NCBI GenBank assembly: GCA_963702425.1
Contig: CAVPCQ010000041.1
Location: 1 to 38,780 of the forward strand
From: an uncultured Acidobacteriota bacterium
GTDB taxonomy: Bacteria; Acidobacteriota; Polarisedimenticolia; J045
Direction of reading: 5' to 3'
DNA length: 38,780 nt
In this document: piece after piece, positions 7,575 through 17,585 of the stretch
Position numbering within the stretch: the stretch's first letter is position 1
Layout of the letters: every line of letters begins with the position of its first letter
Translations under genes and position numbers: made by a program
The notes under the pieces: generated by a model
Database searches by the model: none
Told to the model about the DNA's origin: nothing
The model's input: the letters and a program-made list of their open reading frames with translations, nothing else

Positions 7575-9431
7575 ATGAGCTCCAGGCACGGAAATCGCGG
7601 TCGCTGCGACAGGCCGAGAAGGACCGGCTTCCTCAGCGTTCCCGGACGGCTTCTGTTGGTCCTCGCCCTGGCCCTCCTGGCGTGCGCTCTCGCTTCTGCC
7701 GGGACGGTCTCGATGGTGTGGGACCCGGTGGTCGACCCCGACCTCATGGGCTACCGCGTCTACTACGGCCTCGCGCCGACCGCGATGACGGCCGTTTCGG
7801 ACGCCGGGCTCGTCCCCGAAGCGACCATCGACGGGCTGGCCGACTGCGCGACCTGGTACCTCTCCGTCCGCGCCTACGACGGGGGCGGGCTCGAGAGCAC
7901 CGAGGCGAGCAACATCGTGATGGGCTGGCCGCGTCCGGTCGTCACGGACTCGCGGCCGCGCTCGATCCAGCCGGGCGAAACGGCACTCCTCACCGTCACC
8001 GGCATGAACTTCGACCCTGGCGTCCCGGGCGACCTCCGTCACCGGGGAGCGACGATCGAGTTCTCGCACCCCGGCCTGCGAGTCCTGGGGGTGTTCTACG
8101 ACGCCTGCGGGCAGGTCCGCGTGCGCGTCGAGGCGCTGCCCGACGCCCAGCCAGGCTGGTCGGCGCTGACGGTCAAGAACGCCGATGTGTCGTGGGACGA
8201 TCCGAGCGTTCGTCCACAGGTCTTCGGAACCCTCGAGCAGGGACTCGAGGTGCTCACGCCGCAGACCAACGACGTACCGTTGGTGGCCAGCAGCTCGCCG
8301 GCTCCCGGCACGACCAACGTTCCGCTGGACATCCGGCCGTCGATCACGTTCAGCGAGCCGGTCGATCCGGCGAGCGTGACCGCGCTCACGGTGCGCCTGT
8401 TCGACGCAGGCGGAGCGCCGGTGGAGCAGGCCGCACTCGCCCTGTCGATCGGCGGCACCGAGGTCATGATCTCCCCGGCCCAGCCGCTGCGCGCCAGCAC
8501 CTCCTACCGGATCGAAGTGACCGGCGGCGCGGGCGGCGTGAAGGACCTGACCGGTCTGCCGCTGCCGGCGACCTGGCGTCTCGACCCGGCCTTCACGACC
8601 GCCGAAGCCGCCAAAGCCGCCAACGCGACGATCGTCAGCAGCGAGCCCGCCGGGGGGCAGAGCGACGTGAGCGTCGCAAACCGCGAGGTGCGCGTCCGGT
8701 TCGACCGCGACATGCGACCGCTCGCTGCCAGCGCCAACTCGGCCACGCTGCAGAAGGCCTTCCGCGTGCTGTACGGCACGAAGGCGCTCGCTCAGGCCTC
8801 CGGCTCCCCGGTCTTCGAGAACGACGGGCACACCGTCACGATCCGCCTGCGCGATCCGCTGCAGGCCGGGCTCAGCTACGTGACGAGCGTGAACTTGACC
8901 GACACCAAGCTCCGCGCGGCGCTCACCAGCGCCGGGCACGCCGACCTGGCGATGACCCGCACCTGGGCCACCTCCCCGGCGTGGAAGGCCGTGGAGGCGC
9001 TCGTCGCCGCCGAGGCCCGCATCGCGGGTCTGGAGACGGGGCTCCCGCTGTTGATCGGCGGCTCCAGCCCACCGCCGCAGAACGCGGCCGTGGGGGTCAA
9101 CGCCGAGTTCCGGCTGACATTCGCGGAGCCGGTCTACGCCGCCTCGGTCACGCCATCGACGATTCGCATCCTCGGTGGCGGGAAGGCGCTGGGGCTCGCA
9201 GAGCGGCCGCGATTCGAGAACGGCGGGCGCACGGTCGTCATCCGTGCCGCCGGCGCGCTCGAGCCCGGCAAGCTGCACAAGATCCAGGTTCGCACCGGCC
9301 GCAAGGGCGTGAAGCTCCAGGTGGCCGGCGGCGGCGCCGCGCAGATCGGTGCGCCGCGCATCATCTACGTGCACTTCGCGACCGAGGTCTCGGCGGCGGC
9401 ACAGAGCCAGAGCCTCGGCCTGGGAGAGTGA
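7575..9431 (+). CDS. Secreted FN3 + IPT/Ig + 3x Ig-like (Big_5-type) domain protein, paralogue of 6000..7313
   Basis: Hydrophobic signal (LLLVLALALLACALASA), then GTVSMVWDPVVDPDLMGYRVYYG and three Ig repeats (SSSPAPGTTNV...TFSEPVD). Start chosen downstream of the sigma54 promoter. Confidence 0.8.
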   Translation: MSSRHGNRGRCDRPRRTGFLSVPGRLLLVLALALLACALASAGTVSMVWDPVVDPDLMGYRVYYGLAPTAMTAVSDAGLVPEATIDGLADCATWYLSVRAYDGGGLESTEASNIVMGWPRPVVTDSRPRSIQPGETALLTVTGMNFDPGVPGDLRHRGATIEFSHPGLRVLGVFYDACGQVRVRVEALPDAQPGWSALTVKNADVSWDDPSVRPQVFGTLEQGLEVLTPQTNDVPLVASSSPAPGTTNVPLDIRPSITFSEPVDPASVTALTVRLFDAGGAPVEQAALALSIGGTEVMISPAQPLRASTSYRIEVTGGAGGVKDLTGLPLPATWRLDPAFTTAEAAKAANATIVSSEPAGGQSDVSVANREVRVRFDRDMRPLAASANSATLQKAFRVLYGTKALAQASGSPVFENDGHTVTIRLRDPLQAGLSYVTSVNLTDTKLRAALTSAGHADLAMTRTWATSPAWKAVEALVAAEARIAGLETGLPLLIGGSSPPPQNAAVGVNAEFRLTFAEPVYAASVTPSTIRILGGGKALGLAERPRFENGGRTVVIRAAGALEPGKLHKIQVRTGRKGVKLQVAGGGAAQIGAPRIIYVHFATEVSAAAQSQSLGLGE

Positions 9432-9433
9432 CG

Positions 9434-10231
9434 ATGAGCACAGGGCACCCGTTCCGTTCCGGCAGGATGCCGCGCGTCGCGCTCGGCCTCGTGCTCGGCG
9501 CCCTGTTCGTCCTCGGCGCCGTGGCGGCATCTGCGGCCGACCTGACGGTTGCGTGGGAGGCCAGCGACGACGAGGTCACGGCGGGATACGACGTGGAAGT
9601 CCTCGACCTCGAGGGGGAGGTCCTGCAGACGCTCGACGCCGCCGACGCCACCCGCCTGGTCATTACGGGCCTTGCCGACGGCACCGTCTACCGCGTCCGC
9701 GTCCGTCCCTACGACCAGTGGGGGAACCGCGCGCGCACGCCGAGCCGCGACCTCGTCACCTATCCGTCACCGCGGGTCGACGAGGTCCTGGCCGCGCCCG
9801 AGCCGGGGCGCACGGGCGAAGCGCTGCTGCGCGGTGTCAACATCGCGCCGGGCGCGCGCTTGGTCCCGGTCCGTGCGGGCCTCAAGGCGCTCGCCGTCCG
9901 CGTGCTGGCGCACGACCGCGTCGCGGTCGATGTGGCCCTCGCGGCGGGGGCGCGCGCCCTGGCGCCGGGCGACCTTCTGGTGGTCAATCCGGTGCGCCGC
10001 ACCGACGAGTACCTGAAGTTGCACCGCGAGCTGCTGGACGTGGACGGGTCCGGCAGCATCGACCCGGCCGACGCGCAGGCGGTGAGAGGGGCTGCGGGAC
10101 GGAAAGCGGGGGCCCCGGACTTCGACCCGGTGCTCGACCTGAACGGCGACGGCGCGCTGGACGACGCCGACGCGGTGCTGATCGAAACGCTCCTGGCGCC
10201 GTCCGGCCCCCCTGCCGGGCAGGCGCCTTGA
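9434..10231 (+). CDS. Secreted FN3 protein with C-terminal dockerin-like (paired EF-hand) Ca2+-binding module
   Basis: 3' part of ORF 7682..10231. Signal peptide, FN3 (VAWEAS...GYDV...YRVRVRPYD), then DVDGSGSIDPAD and DLNGDGALDDAD. Confidence 0.8.
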   Translation: MSTGHPFRSGRMPRVALGLVLGALFVLGAVAASAADLTVAWEASDDEVTAGYDVEVLDLEGEVLQTLDAADATRLVITGLADGTVYRVRVRPYDQWGNRARTPSRDLVTYPSPRVDEVLAAPEPGRTGEALLRGVNIAPGARLVPVRAGLKALAVRVLAHDRVAVDVALAAGARALAPGDLLVVNPVRRTDEYLKLHRELLDVDGSGSIDPADAQAVRGAAGRKAGAPDFDPVLDLNGDGALDDADAVLIETLLAPSGPPAGQAP

Positions 10232-11376
10232 CCCGCGGCGCCGCGCCCGCGAGATTCGCCCTCGTGGGCGATCGAGACCAGGCGGACGCGGCGACCGCGC
10301 CGGAAGACGGCTCTGCCGCCTCCGATTCGTTCTTCCGGAAGGTCGTGGAGGGGATGCGTTGCGCGCTCATCACCGTCGACCGCTCCGGCTGCGTCCTGAC
10401 CGTCAACCAGCTCGCCCGCGAGATCCTCGAGCTGCCCCTCGACGAGCCGGCCGGCCGGCCGGTCGAGGAGGTCCTCGCCGCCCACCCGCGGCTCGCCGCG
10501 GTGCTGCGCGATTCGCTCGAGATGACGTTCCTGCCGAACCGCGCCGAGATGGAGATCCGCTCGCGCGAGGACGACGGGCGCACGATCGGGTTCACGATCA
10601 GCCCGATCCCGGGACAGGACGGTCCGGAGGGGGTCGCGCTCTTCTTCAAGGACCTGACGCTGGTCGAGCGTCAGGAGGAGCAGGAGCGGCTGCGCGACCG
10701 CCTCGCCGCACTCGGGCAGATGGCCGCCAGCCTGGCCCATGAGATCCGCAACCCGCTGGCCTCGATCGACGTCACGGCGACGCTCCTCATGCGCAAGCTC
10801 GGCGACGGCAACGGAGTCCACGAGCTGGTGGAGAAGATAGCCGAAGACGTCCGGCGGCTGAACCGTACCGTCACCGGCGGCCTCGAGTTCGCGCGCGCGC
10901 TCACGCTGGAGCGGGCGGTGCAGCCGCTTCCGCCGCTGCTGGAAGCGGCCTTCGAGGAGTCGCGCCACCGTTTCCCCGGCGGCGCCCTCGAGGTCGAGCG
11001 GCGCTACGAGCCGGACCTGCCCGATGCTGCGGTGGACGGTCACCTGCTGCGCCAGGCGCTGGTCAACGTGATCGCCAACGCGCTCGAGGCGCTCGACGGG
11101 CGGGGACGCCTGACGCTCGAAGCGCACGCCGTGGCGCGCCCGCAGCACCCGCCGGTCGCGGTGGACCTCGTGATCCGCGACACCGGCCCGGGGATCCCGG
11201 CCGAGGTGCGCGAGAAGATCTTTCATCCCTTCGTGACCACCAAGAAGGGCGGTTCGGGAATCGGGCTCGCCATGGCGCGCAAGATCGTCGAGTGTCACCA
11301 TGGGTTGATCGACGTGACCTGCGGTCCGGGCGAGGGAACGGCGTTCCGCATCCGGATTCCCTGCCGCGAGGCGTAA
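10228..11376 (+). CDS. PAS-domain sensor histidine kinase (soluble, NtrB/AtoS-like)
   Basis: PAS-like N-terminus, H-box LAHEIRNPL, N-box NVIANA, DTGPGI, PFVTTK and GSGIGL; no TM helix seen. TTG start overlaps the upstream stop; the start is uncertain. Confidence 0.88.
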   Translation: MTRGAAPARFALVGDRDQADAATAPEDGSAASDSFFRKVVEGMRCALITVDRSGCVLTVNQLAREILELPLDEPAGRPVEEVLAAHPRLAAVLRDSLEMTFLPNRAEMEIRSREDDGRTIGFTISPIPGQDGPEGVALFFKDLTLVERQEEQERLRDRLAALGQMAASLAHEIRNPLASIDVTATLLMRKLGDGNGVHELVEKIAEDVRRLNRTVTGGLEFARALTLERAVQPLPPLLEAAFEESRHRFPGGALEVERRYEPDLPDAAVDGHLLRQALVNVIANALEALDGRGRLTLEAHAVARPQHPPVAVDLVIRDTGPGIPAEVREKIFHPFVTTKKGGSGIGLAMARKIVECHHGLIDVTCGPGEGTAFRIRIPCREA

Positions 11377-11427
11377 CCGCACGCGCTGCCCTGCGCGGCA
11401 GCGGATTGATCCGGGGAGACGAAGCTC

Positions 11428-12825
<1,398 letters not shown>

Positions 12826-12831
12826 GCGCGG

Positions 12832-13965
12832 CTACCGCCGCGCGAAGAACTCCGCCAGCCCGTCCTTGACCCGCACCACCTCGGCCTCGCCCAGCCGGTT
12901 GAAGAACGGCAGTGCGATCGTTCGCGAGGCGACCGATTCGGTCACCGGGAACATCCCCTCGCGCAGGCCGAAGCGCTCGCGGTAGAAGGGCTGCAGGTGG
13001 ATCGGCGAGAAGTAGTTGCGGCAGCCGATCCCGCGCCTGCGCAGGTGTTCGAGCAGCGCGTCGCGGTCCTCGCGCGTGTGCTTCGGGGAGAGCGCGATCA
13101 CGTAAACGAACCACGAGATCCGCTGTCCCGGCGCGGCGGGCGGCGGGAGGACCAGCTCCTCGATCCCGCCGAGGTGCCGGGCGTACAGGTCGACGACGTG
13201 TTGCCGCGCGGCGACGAACTCCTCCAACCGCTCGAGCTGGACCAGCCCCAGCGCACAGAGGATGTCGGGGATCCGGTAGTTCCAGCCCAGGCGCTCGTGG
13301 GCCAGCCAGTTCCCGTCCGCGCCGCGCCCCTGGTTCCGAAGCGAGGCGACCAGCGCCGCCAGCTCGGCGTCGTCGGTGACGACGATCCCCCCCTCGCCGG
13401 TCGTCATCTGCTTGTTGGGATAGAAGGCGAAGATCCCGGCGCGCCCGAAGGTCCCGGCCTTGCGGCCTTCGATCGTCGAGCCGATCGCCTCGCACGAGTC
13501 CTCGATCACCGCGAGGCCGTGGCGGGCCGCGATCGCGTTGTAGGCCGGCATCGGGCACGGGCGGCCGAAGACGTGGACCGGGAGCAGCGCCTTCGTCTGC
13601 GGCGTGATCGCCGCTTCGGCCGCGGCGGGATCCATGTCCCAGGTCACCGGGTCGATCTCGGCGAAGACCGGCTTCGCCCCCTCGAAGAGCAGGCAGTTGG
13701 AAGAGGCGACGAAGGAGAACGGGGTCGTGACGACCTCGTCCCCCGCGCCGATCCGCAGCGCGTGGACGATCAGGTGCAGCCCGGCGGTCCCCGACGAGAC
13801 CGCGACCGCGTGGCGCGAGCCGGCGTAACGGGCCATTGCCCGCTCGAACTGCGCGAGGCGGGGACCGAGGCTGAGCTGGCGGTCCCGCAGGACCTCGACC
13901 ACGGCGGCGATTTCGCGCTCTCCGACGTCGGGACCGGAGAGCGGGACCTCTTCGCGCAGCGACAA
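12832..13965 (-). CDS. DegT/DnrJ/EryC1/StrS family PLP-dependent sugar aminotransferase
   Basis: SSGTAGLH, PVHVFG, IEDSCEAIG, FYPNKQMTTGEGG (PLP Lys) and GWNYR. Confidence 0.92.
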   Translation of the reverse strand: MSLREEVPLSGPDVGEREIAAVVEVLRDRQLSLGPRLAQFERAMARYAGSRHAVAVSSGTAGLHLIVHALRIGAGDEVVTTPFSFVASSNCLLFEGAKPVFAEIDPVTWDMDPAAAEAAITPQTKALLPVHVFGRPCPMPAYNAIAARHGLAVIEDSCEAIGSTIEGRKAGTFGRAGIFAFYPNKQMTTGEGGIVVTDDAELAALVASLRNQGRGADGNWLAHERLGWNYRIPDILCALGLVQLERLEEFVAARQHVVDLYARHLGGIEELVLPPPAAPGQRISWFVYVIALSPKHTREDRDALLEHLRRRGIGCRNYFSPIHLQPFYRERFGLREGMFPVTESVASRTIALPFFNRLGEAEVVRVKDGLAEFFARR

Positions 13966-14115
13966 GCGGACCTCCTCGAAGGAAGGTAATGCAGACCGGC
14001 CCGGCGGGCGAGCGCCGGACGGACAGGGCGCACTGCCGCGAACGCCTGCGGACCGGGCGCGCCCGCGGATTTCCCCTTATCCTCGCGCCGAGCGGGGGGA
14101 CGGCGGGCCGAGGGC

Positions 14116-15618
14116 GTGGCGAGCGACGACGGCGGCGAGAGGCGGCACGAGCGGGTCGGAAGGGCGAGGTGGGGTCGCCTCACGGCGCTCGCCCGCTCGC
14201 TCGTTCCGTGGCTGGCCTGGAACGGCATCCTCGTCGGGGCCCTCGTGGTCTACGGCGTGCTCGTCGAGCCCAACCGGATCGTGGTCGAGCGCTCGTCGTT
14301 CGAGGTGCCGGGGCGGTCCCCCGAGCGCCGCGAGGGGCGCTACCGGATCGCCTTCATCTCCGACTTAGACCTGACCGGGCCGCCCGGCCGCTTCGAGCGC
14401 CGCGTCCGAGACCGGGTCAACGCCCTGAACCCGGACCTGGTCGCGATCGGCGGCGACATCTTCGGCGGGGACGAAGGACCGCCCCCGCCGGCGACGCGGG
14501 CCAAGGTCCGCGCCTGGCTCGCCGGGTTCCGCGCGCGGGATGGCGTGGTCGTGGCCTGGGGCGAGCAGGAGTCGTTCTGGCCCGACGACGCCCGGTCCGC
14601 GCTCCCCCCGAACGTGCGCGAGATCGACGCGGCGTGCGAGATCGAGCGGGCGGGGGAGGCCCGGATCCGGGTCTGCGGCCCGAACGCGATCTTCGCGCCG
14701 CTCGACGTCGATCCCGCGACCGGCGGCCGCCTCTCGGCGTCGTGGGGACGGACCCTCACCGTCGGCCGCTACCGCGGTCCCGGTGCCGAAGCCTGGGGCG
14801 GGGTCGACGTGCTCGCGCGGCTGCGCTTCGGCGGCATCGGCGACGGCCCCGGGATCGCCGTCCTCGAGCGACCCGGGCAGCCCGGATACCGCCTGCGGGT
14901 GCTGCCCGGACGCCTCGAGTGGGGCGCGATCGTACCGGAGGAAGCCGGCTGGTCGGGCCGCACGCGCGACAAGACCGCGCTCGTCCAGCCGCGCCGCGAC
15001 TATCTCGCGCGGGTGCGGGTCGAGCCCTCGCCCTCCGGGACCGTGGTGCGCTCGCGGATCTGGCCGGCGGAGGGGCCGGAGCCCGCGGATTGGCCGGTCG
15101 AGTTCGTCGACACCGCGCCCGCGCGGCCGCCGGCCGGCACGGTCGGCGTCGTCGCCGGCGGGGCCTGGACCGGCTCGCGCGGGCAGGTCTTCGAGTCGAT
15201 CGAGGTGCGGGACCTCGCCGGGCGCCCGCTGTTGGTCGAGGAGTTCGACGACGCCGCACGGGTGGCGCGCGAGTGGGACCGGCCGGGCGCGGCCCTCTCC
15301 GAGTTCGACACCACGATCGTCGTCGGCCACAACCCGATCGAGCTGCTCGAGCTACCGAACGACGTCGAGACCCATCTCGACCTCTACCTCGCCGGCCACA
15401 GCCACGGCGGGCAGGTCCGGCTGCCGCTCTTCGGCCCGCTGCACCTCGACGACGGGTGGCCCCGCAACTGGTCGGAGGGGCTGGTCCGGCTGGCGCACGG
15501 CTCGACCTGGCTCTACGTGACGCGGGGGCTCGGGGCCAGCAAGGTCCCGGTCCGCTTCCTCTGTCCCCCCGAGGTGACCGACCTGACAGTCTTCGTGCGC
15601 TGGCGTCCGCCGCGCTAG
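14116..15618 (+). CDS. Membrane-anchored metallophosphoesterase (YkuE/YaeI-like) with inserted beta-sandwich domain and altered metal motifs
   Basis: N-terminal TM + VEPNRI, then FISDLD, GGDIF, WGEQE, VGHNP, LAGHSHGGQV, YVTRGLG and RFLCPPEV. Confidence 0.75.
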   Translation: MASDDGGERRHERVGRARWGRLTALARSLVPWLAWNGILVGALVVYGVLVEPNRIVVERSSFEVPGRSPERREGRYRIAFISDLDLTGPPGRFERRVRDRVNALNPDLVAIGGDIFGGDEGPPPPATRAKVRAWLAGFRARDGVVVAWGEQESFWPDDARSALPPNVREIDAACEIERAGEARIRVCGPNAIFAPLDVDPATGGRLSASWGRTLTVGRYRGPGAEAWGGVDVLARLRFGGIGDGPGIAVLERPGQPGYRLRVLPGRLEWGAIVPEEAGWSGRTRDKTALVQPRRDYLARVRVEPSPSGTVVRSRIWPAEGPEPADWPVEFVDTAPARPPAGTVGVVAGGAWTGSRGQVFESIEVRDLAGRPLLVEEFDDAARVAREWDRPGAALSEFDTTIVVGHNPIELLELPNDVETHLDLYLAGHSHGGQVRLPLFGPLHLDDGWPRNWSEGLVRLAHGSTWLYVTRGLGASKVPVRFLCPPEVTDLTVFVRWRPPR

Positions 15619-15628
15619 GAGTGGTCGC

Positions 15629-16060
15629 ATGACCGAGCAACGGGCCGACTGGCACACCTACTTCATGAACATCGCGCGCCAGGTCGCGACGCGCAGCACC
15701 TGCGACCGAAAACATGTCGGCGCAGTCATCGCGCGCGACAAGACGATCCTCTCGACGGGTTACAATGGTTCGATCCGCGGCCTCGCGCACTGCGACGAGG
15801 TCGGCCACCTGATGGAGGACGGCCACTGCGTGCGCACCGTGCACGCCGAGGCCAACGCCATCGCGCAGGCGGCGAGGAACGGGGTGGCGATCGAAGGGGC
15901 CGAGATCTACATCACGGCGAGTCCCTGCTGGGGCTGTTTCCGGCTGCTCGCCAACTCCGGGATCCGCCGGATCTACTACGGGGAGTTCTACCGCGACGCG
16001 AGGATCCACGATTTCGCCGAGGAGGCCGGGATCGAGCTGGTGGACCTCTCCGGACCTTGA
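15629..16060 (+). CDS. dCMP deaminase family protein (ComEB-like)
   Basis: RSTCDRKHVGA, GYNG, VHAEANA and SPCWGC zinc-deaminase motifs; AGGAG RBS. Confidence 0.92.
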   Translation: MTEQRADWHTYFMNIARQVATRSTCDRKHVGAVIARDKTILSTGYNGSIRGLAHCDEVGHLMEDGHCVRTVHAEANAIAQAARNGVAIEGAEIYITASPCWGCFRLLANSGIRRIYYGEFYRDARIHDFAEEAGIELVDLSGP

Positions 16061-16161
16061 CCGAGACCGCGGGCGGGCGGCACGACGCCGCCCTATCTTC
16101 GACAGGAGGGAGCCGCAGCGGCTCCAGGCGCCCCCGGGGGGGACGACCGGGAGACAAGAGG

Positions 16162-17535
16162 GTGCAGGGATTCGGACGCTCGAAACCCGGGCGCGTCGCG
16201 CTGGTCCTGGCGCTGGCGCTGCTCGTGGGGTTGGGTGGCGCGGAAGCCGCCACGAAGAAGCACAAGGCGAAGTCCTCCCGGAAGGCGGCCCCCAAGCCGC
16301 CGCCGGTCGCCGTCTGGCACGTCGAGACCCCGGAAGGGAACGTCCTCGACTCCCGGCGGGGGGACGAACTCGTCAACCCGGCCTCGGTGACGAAGGTCGC
16401 GACGACCCTCTGGGCACTCGAGACGCTCGGTCCGGACCGCCGGTTCGAGACCCGCTTCCTGGCCCGGGGCACCGTCGACCGCAGCACCGGCACGCTGCAC
16501 GGCGATCTGCTGGTCGAGGGCGGGGGCGACCCCGACTTCCAGGTCGAGAACGCGATGCTGGTCCTGGCCGAGCTGGACCGGCTCGGCGTGCGGCGCGTGA
16601 CCGGAGACCTGGTCGTCGACAGCCGCTTCTGGATGGGCTGGGAGGGCGGCTCGGAGGGCCGACGGCCCGATGCGCCGACCCGCGGGGCGCTGATGGGTCA
16701 GCGGCTGAAGAGCGCGCTCCTGCCGCGCTCCTGGAACAAGTGGAACCGCGCCGCGTGGCAGCAGACGGCACGTGAGGCCGGGGGCTCGGCCCGCCTCCCC
16801 GTGTTCGTCATCGCCGGCAGGTCGCGCGCGGTCGACGCGCTGCCCGAGCCGACGACGCTCCTGGTGGTCCACCGCTCGCGCCCGCTGGTGCAGACGCTCC
16901 GGGTCTTCAACACCTATTCGAACAACGACATCGAACGGATCGGCGATCACATGGGACGGGGGCCCGAACTGGCCGCGTGGCTCTCCGAGCGCTGGCAGCT
17001 GCCGCCCGGAGAGCTGCAGTTCGAGACCACCTCCGGCCTGGGGATCAACCGGATCTCGCCGCGGCTGATCGTCCACCTGCTGCGCGACCTCGCCTTCACG
17101 GCGGAGCGGCTGGGCCTACCGCTGGACGAGTTGCTGCCAACGAGCGGGTGCGATCCCGGGACCGTCGCGGCGTTCTTCCCGCGGCTGGGTGCGGGGCCCT
17201 ACGTGGCCTCGGTCACCGGCAAGACCGGGACGCTGGTCACGACCGACAATGGCGTGTCGGTCTTCGCCGGGATCGCGCGCACCGCCGAGGGTGAGCAGAT
17301 CTTCGCCGTCGCGGTCCCGAACGCCCGCGGCCGCCTGCGGGCGGCGCGGCGGGTCGAGGAAGACTTCGTGCTCCGGCTGGTCGACCGGCTGGGGGGGCCC
17401 GAGGCCCGCGCCTGCGCCACGCCGCTGCCGAGCCGGCTGGCCGAGACCGAGGTCGAGAACGCCTTCGCGCCGCGCGCTCGCGTGACGCCGGCCGAGGCTG
17501 CGGAGCACGGGACGGTCCCCGGCGGAGCGATGTAG
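16162..17535 (+). CDS. dacB: D-alanyl-D-alanine carboxypeptidase/endopeptidase (peptidase S13, PBP4-like)
   Basis: PASVTK (SxxK), GGGDP, SNN and GKTGTL, plus a signal peptide. Start is GTG 16162 or TTG 16057. Confidence 0.85.
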   Translation: MQGFGRSKPGRVALVLALALLVGLGGAEAATKKHKAKSSRKAAPKPPPVAVWHVETPEGNVLDSRRGDELVNPASVTKVATTLWALETLGPDRRFETRFLARGTVDRSTGTLHGDLLVEGGGDPDFQVENAMLVLAELDRLGVRRVTGDLVVDSRFWMGWEGGSEGRRPDAPTRGALMGQRLKSALLPRSWNKWNRAAWQQTAREAGGSARLPVFVIAGRSRAVDALPEPTTLLVVHRSRPLVQTLRVFNTYSNNDIERIGDHMGRGPELAAWLSERWQLPPGELQFETTSGLGINRISPRLIVHLLRDLAFTAERLGLPLDELLPTSGCDPGTVAAFFPRLGAGPYVASVTGKTGTLVTTDNGVSVFAGIARTAEGEQIFAVAVPNARGRLRAARRVEEDFVLRLVDRLGGPEARACATPLPSRLAETEVENAFAPRARVTPAEAAEHGTVPGGAM

Positions 17536-17560
17536 GGCCGGCCGCGGGGCGTGCCGGCCC
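17532..17560 (+). repeat. GTAG-headed REP-like hairpin between convergent dacB and pilT
   Basis: GTAGGGCCGGC-CGCGGGGCGT-GCCGGCCC has the same arms as the element at 31957-31982. Confidence 0.45.
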
Positions 17561-17585
17561 GAGCGCGCTTCGCGCCAGCGCGTCG

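Noticed and set aside
7584-7599. Second sigma54-like sequence AGGCACGGAAATCGCG
   Set aside because: It lies inside the predicted coding region and matches less well than the site at 7510.
6000-10231. PEP-CTERM, sortase or other C-terminal anchor tags on the FN3 proteins
   Set aside because: None ends in a PEP or LPxTG motif followed by a TM helix and basic tail, and no exosortase gene is present.
14116-16060. Phosphoesterase + deaminase pair as an anti-phage dCTP-depletion system
   Set aside because: The deaminase is a short stand-alone ComEB-type protein without a kinase domain, the phosphoesterase looks membrane-anchored and exported, and the context is housekeeping rather than a defence island.
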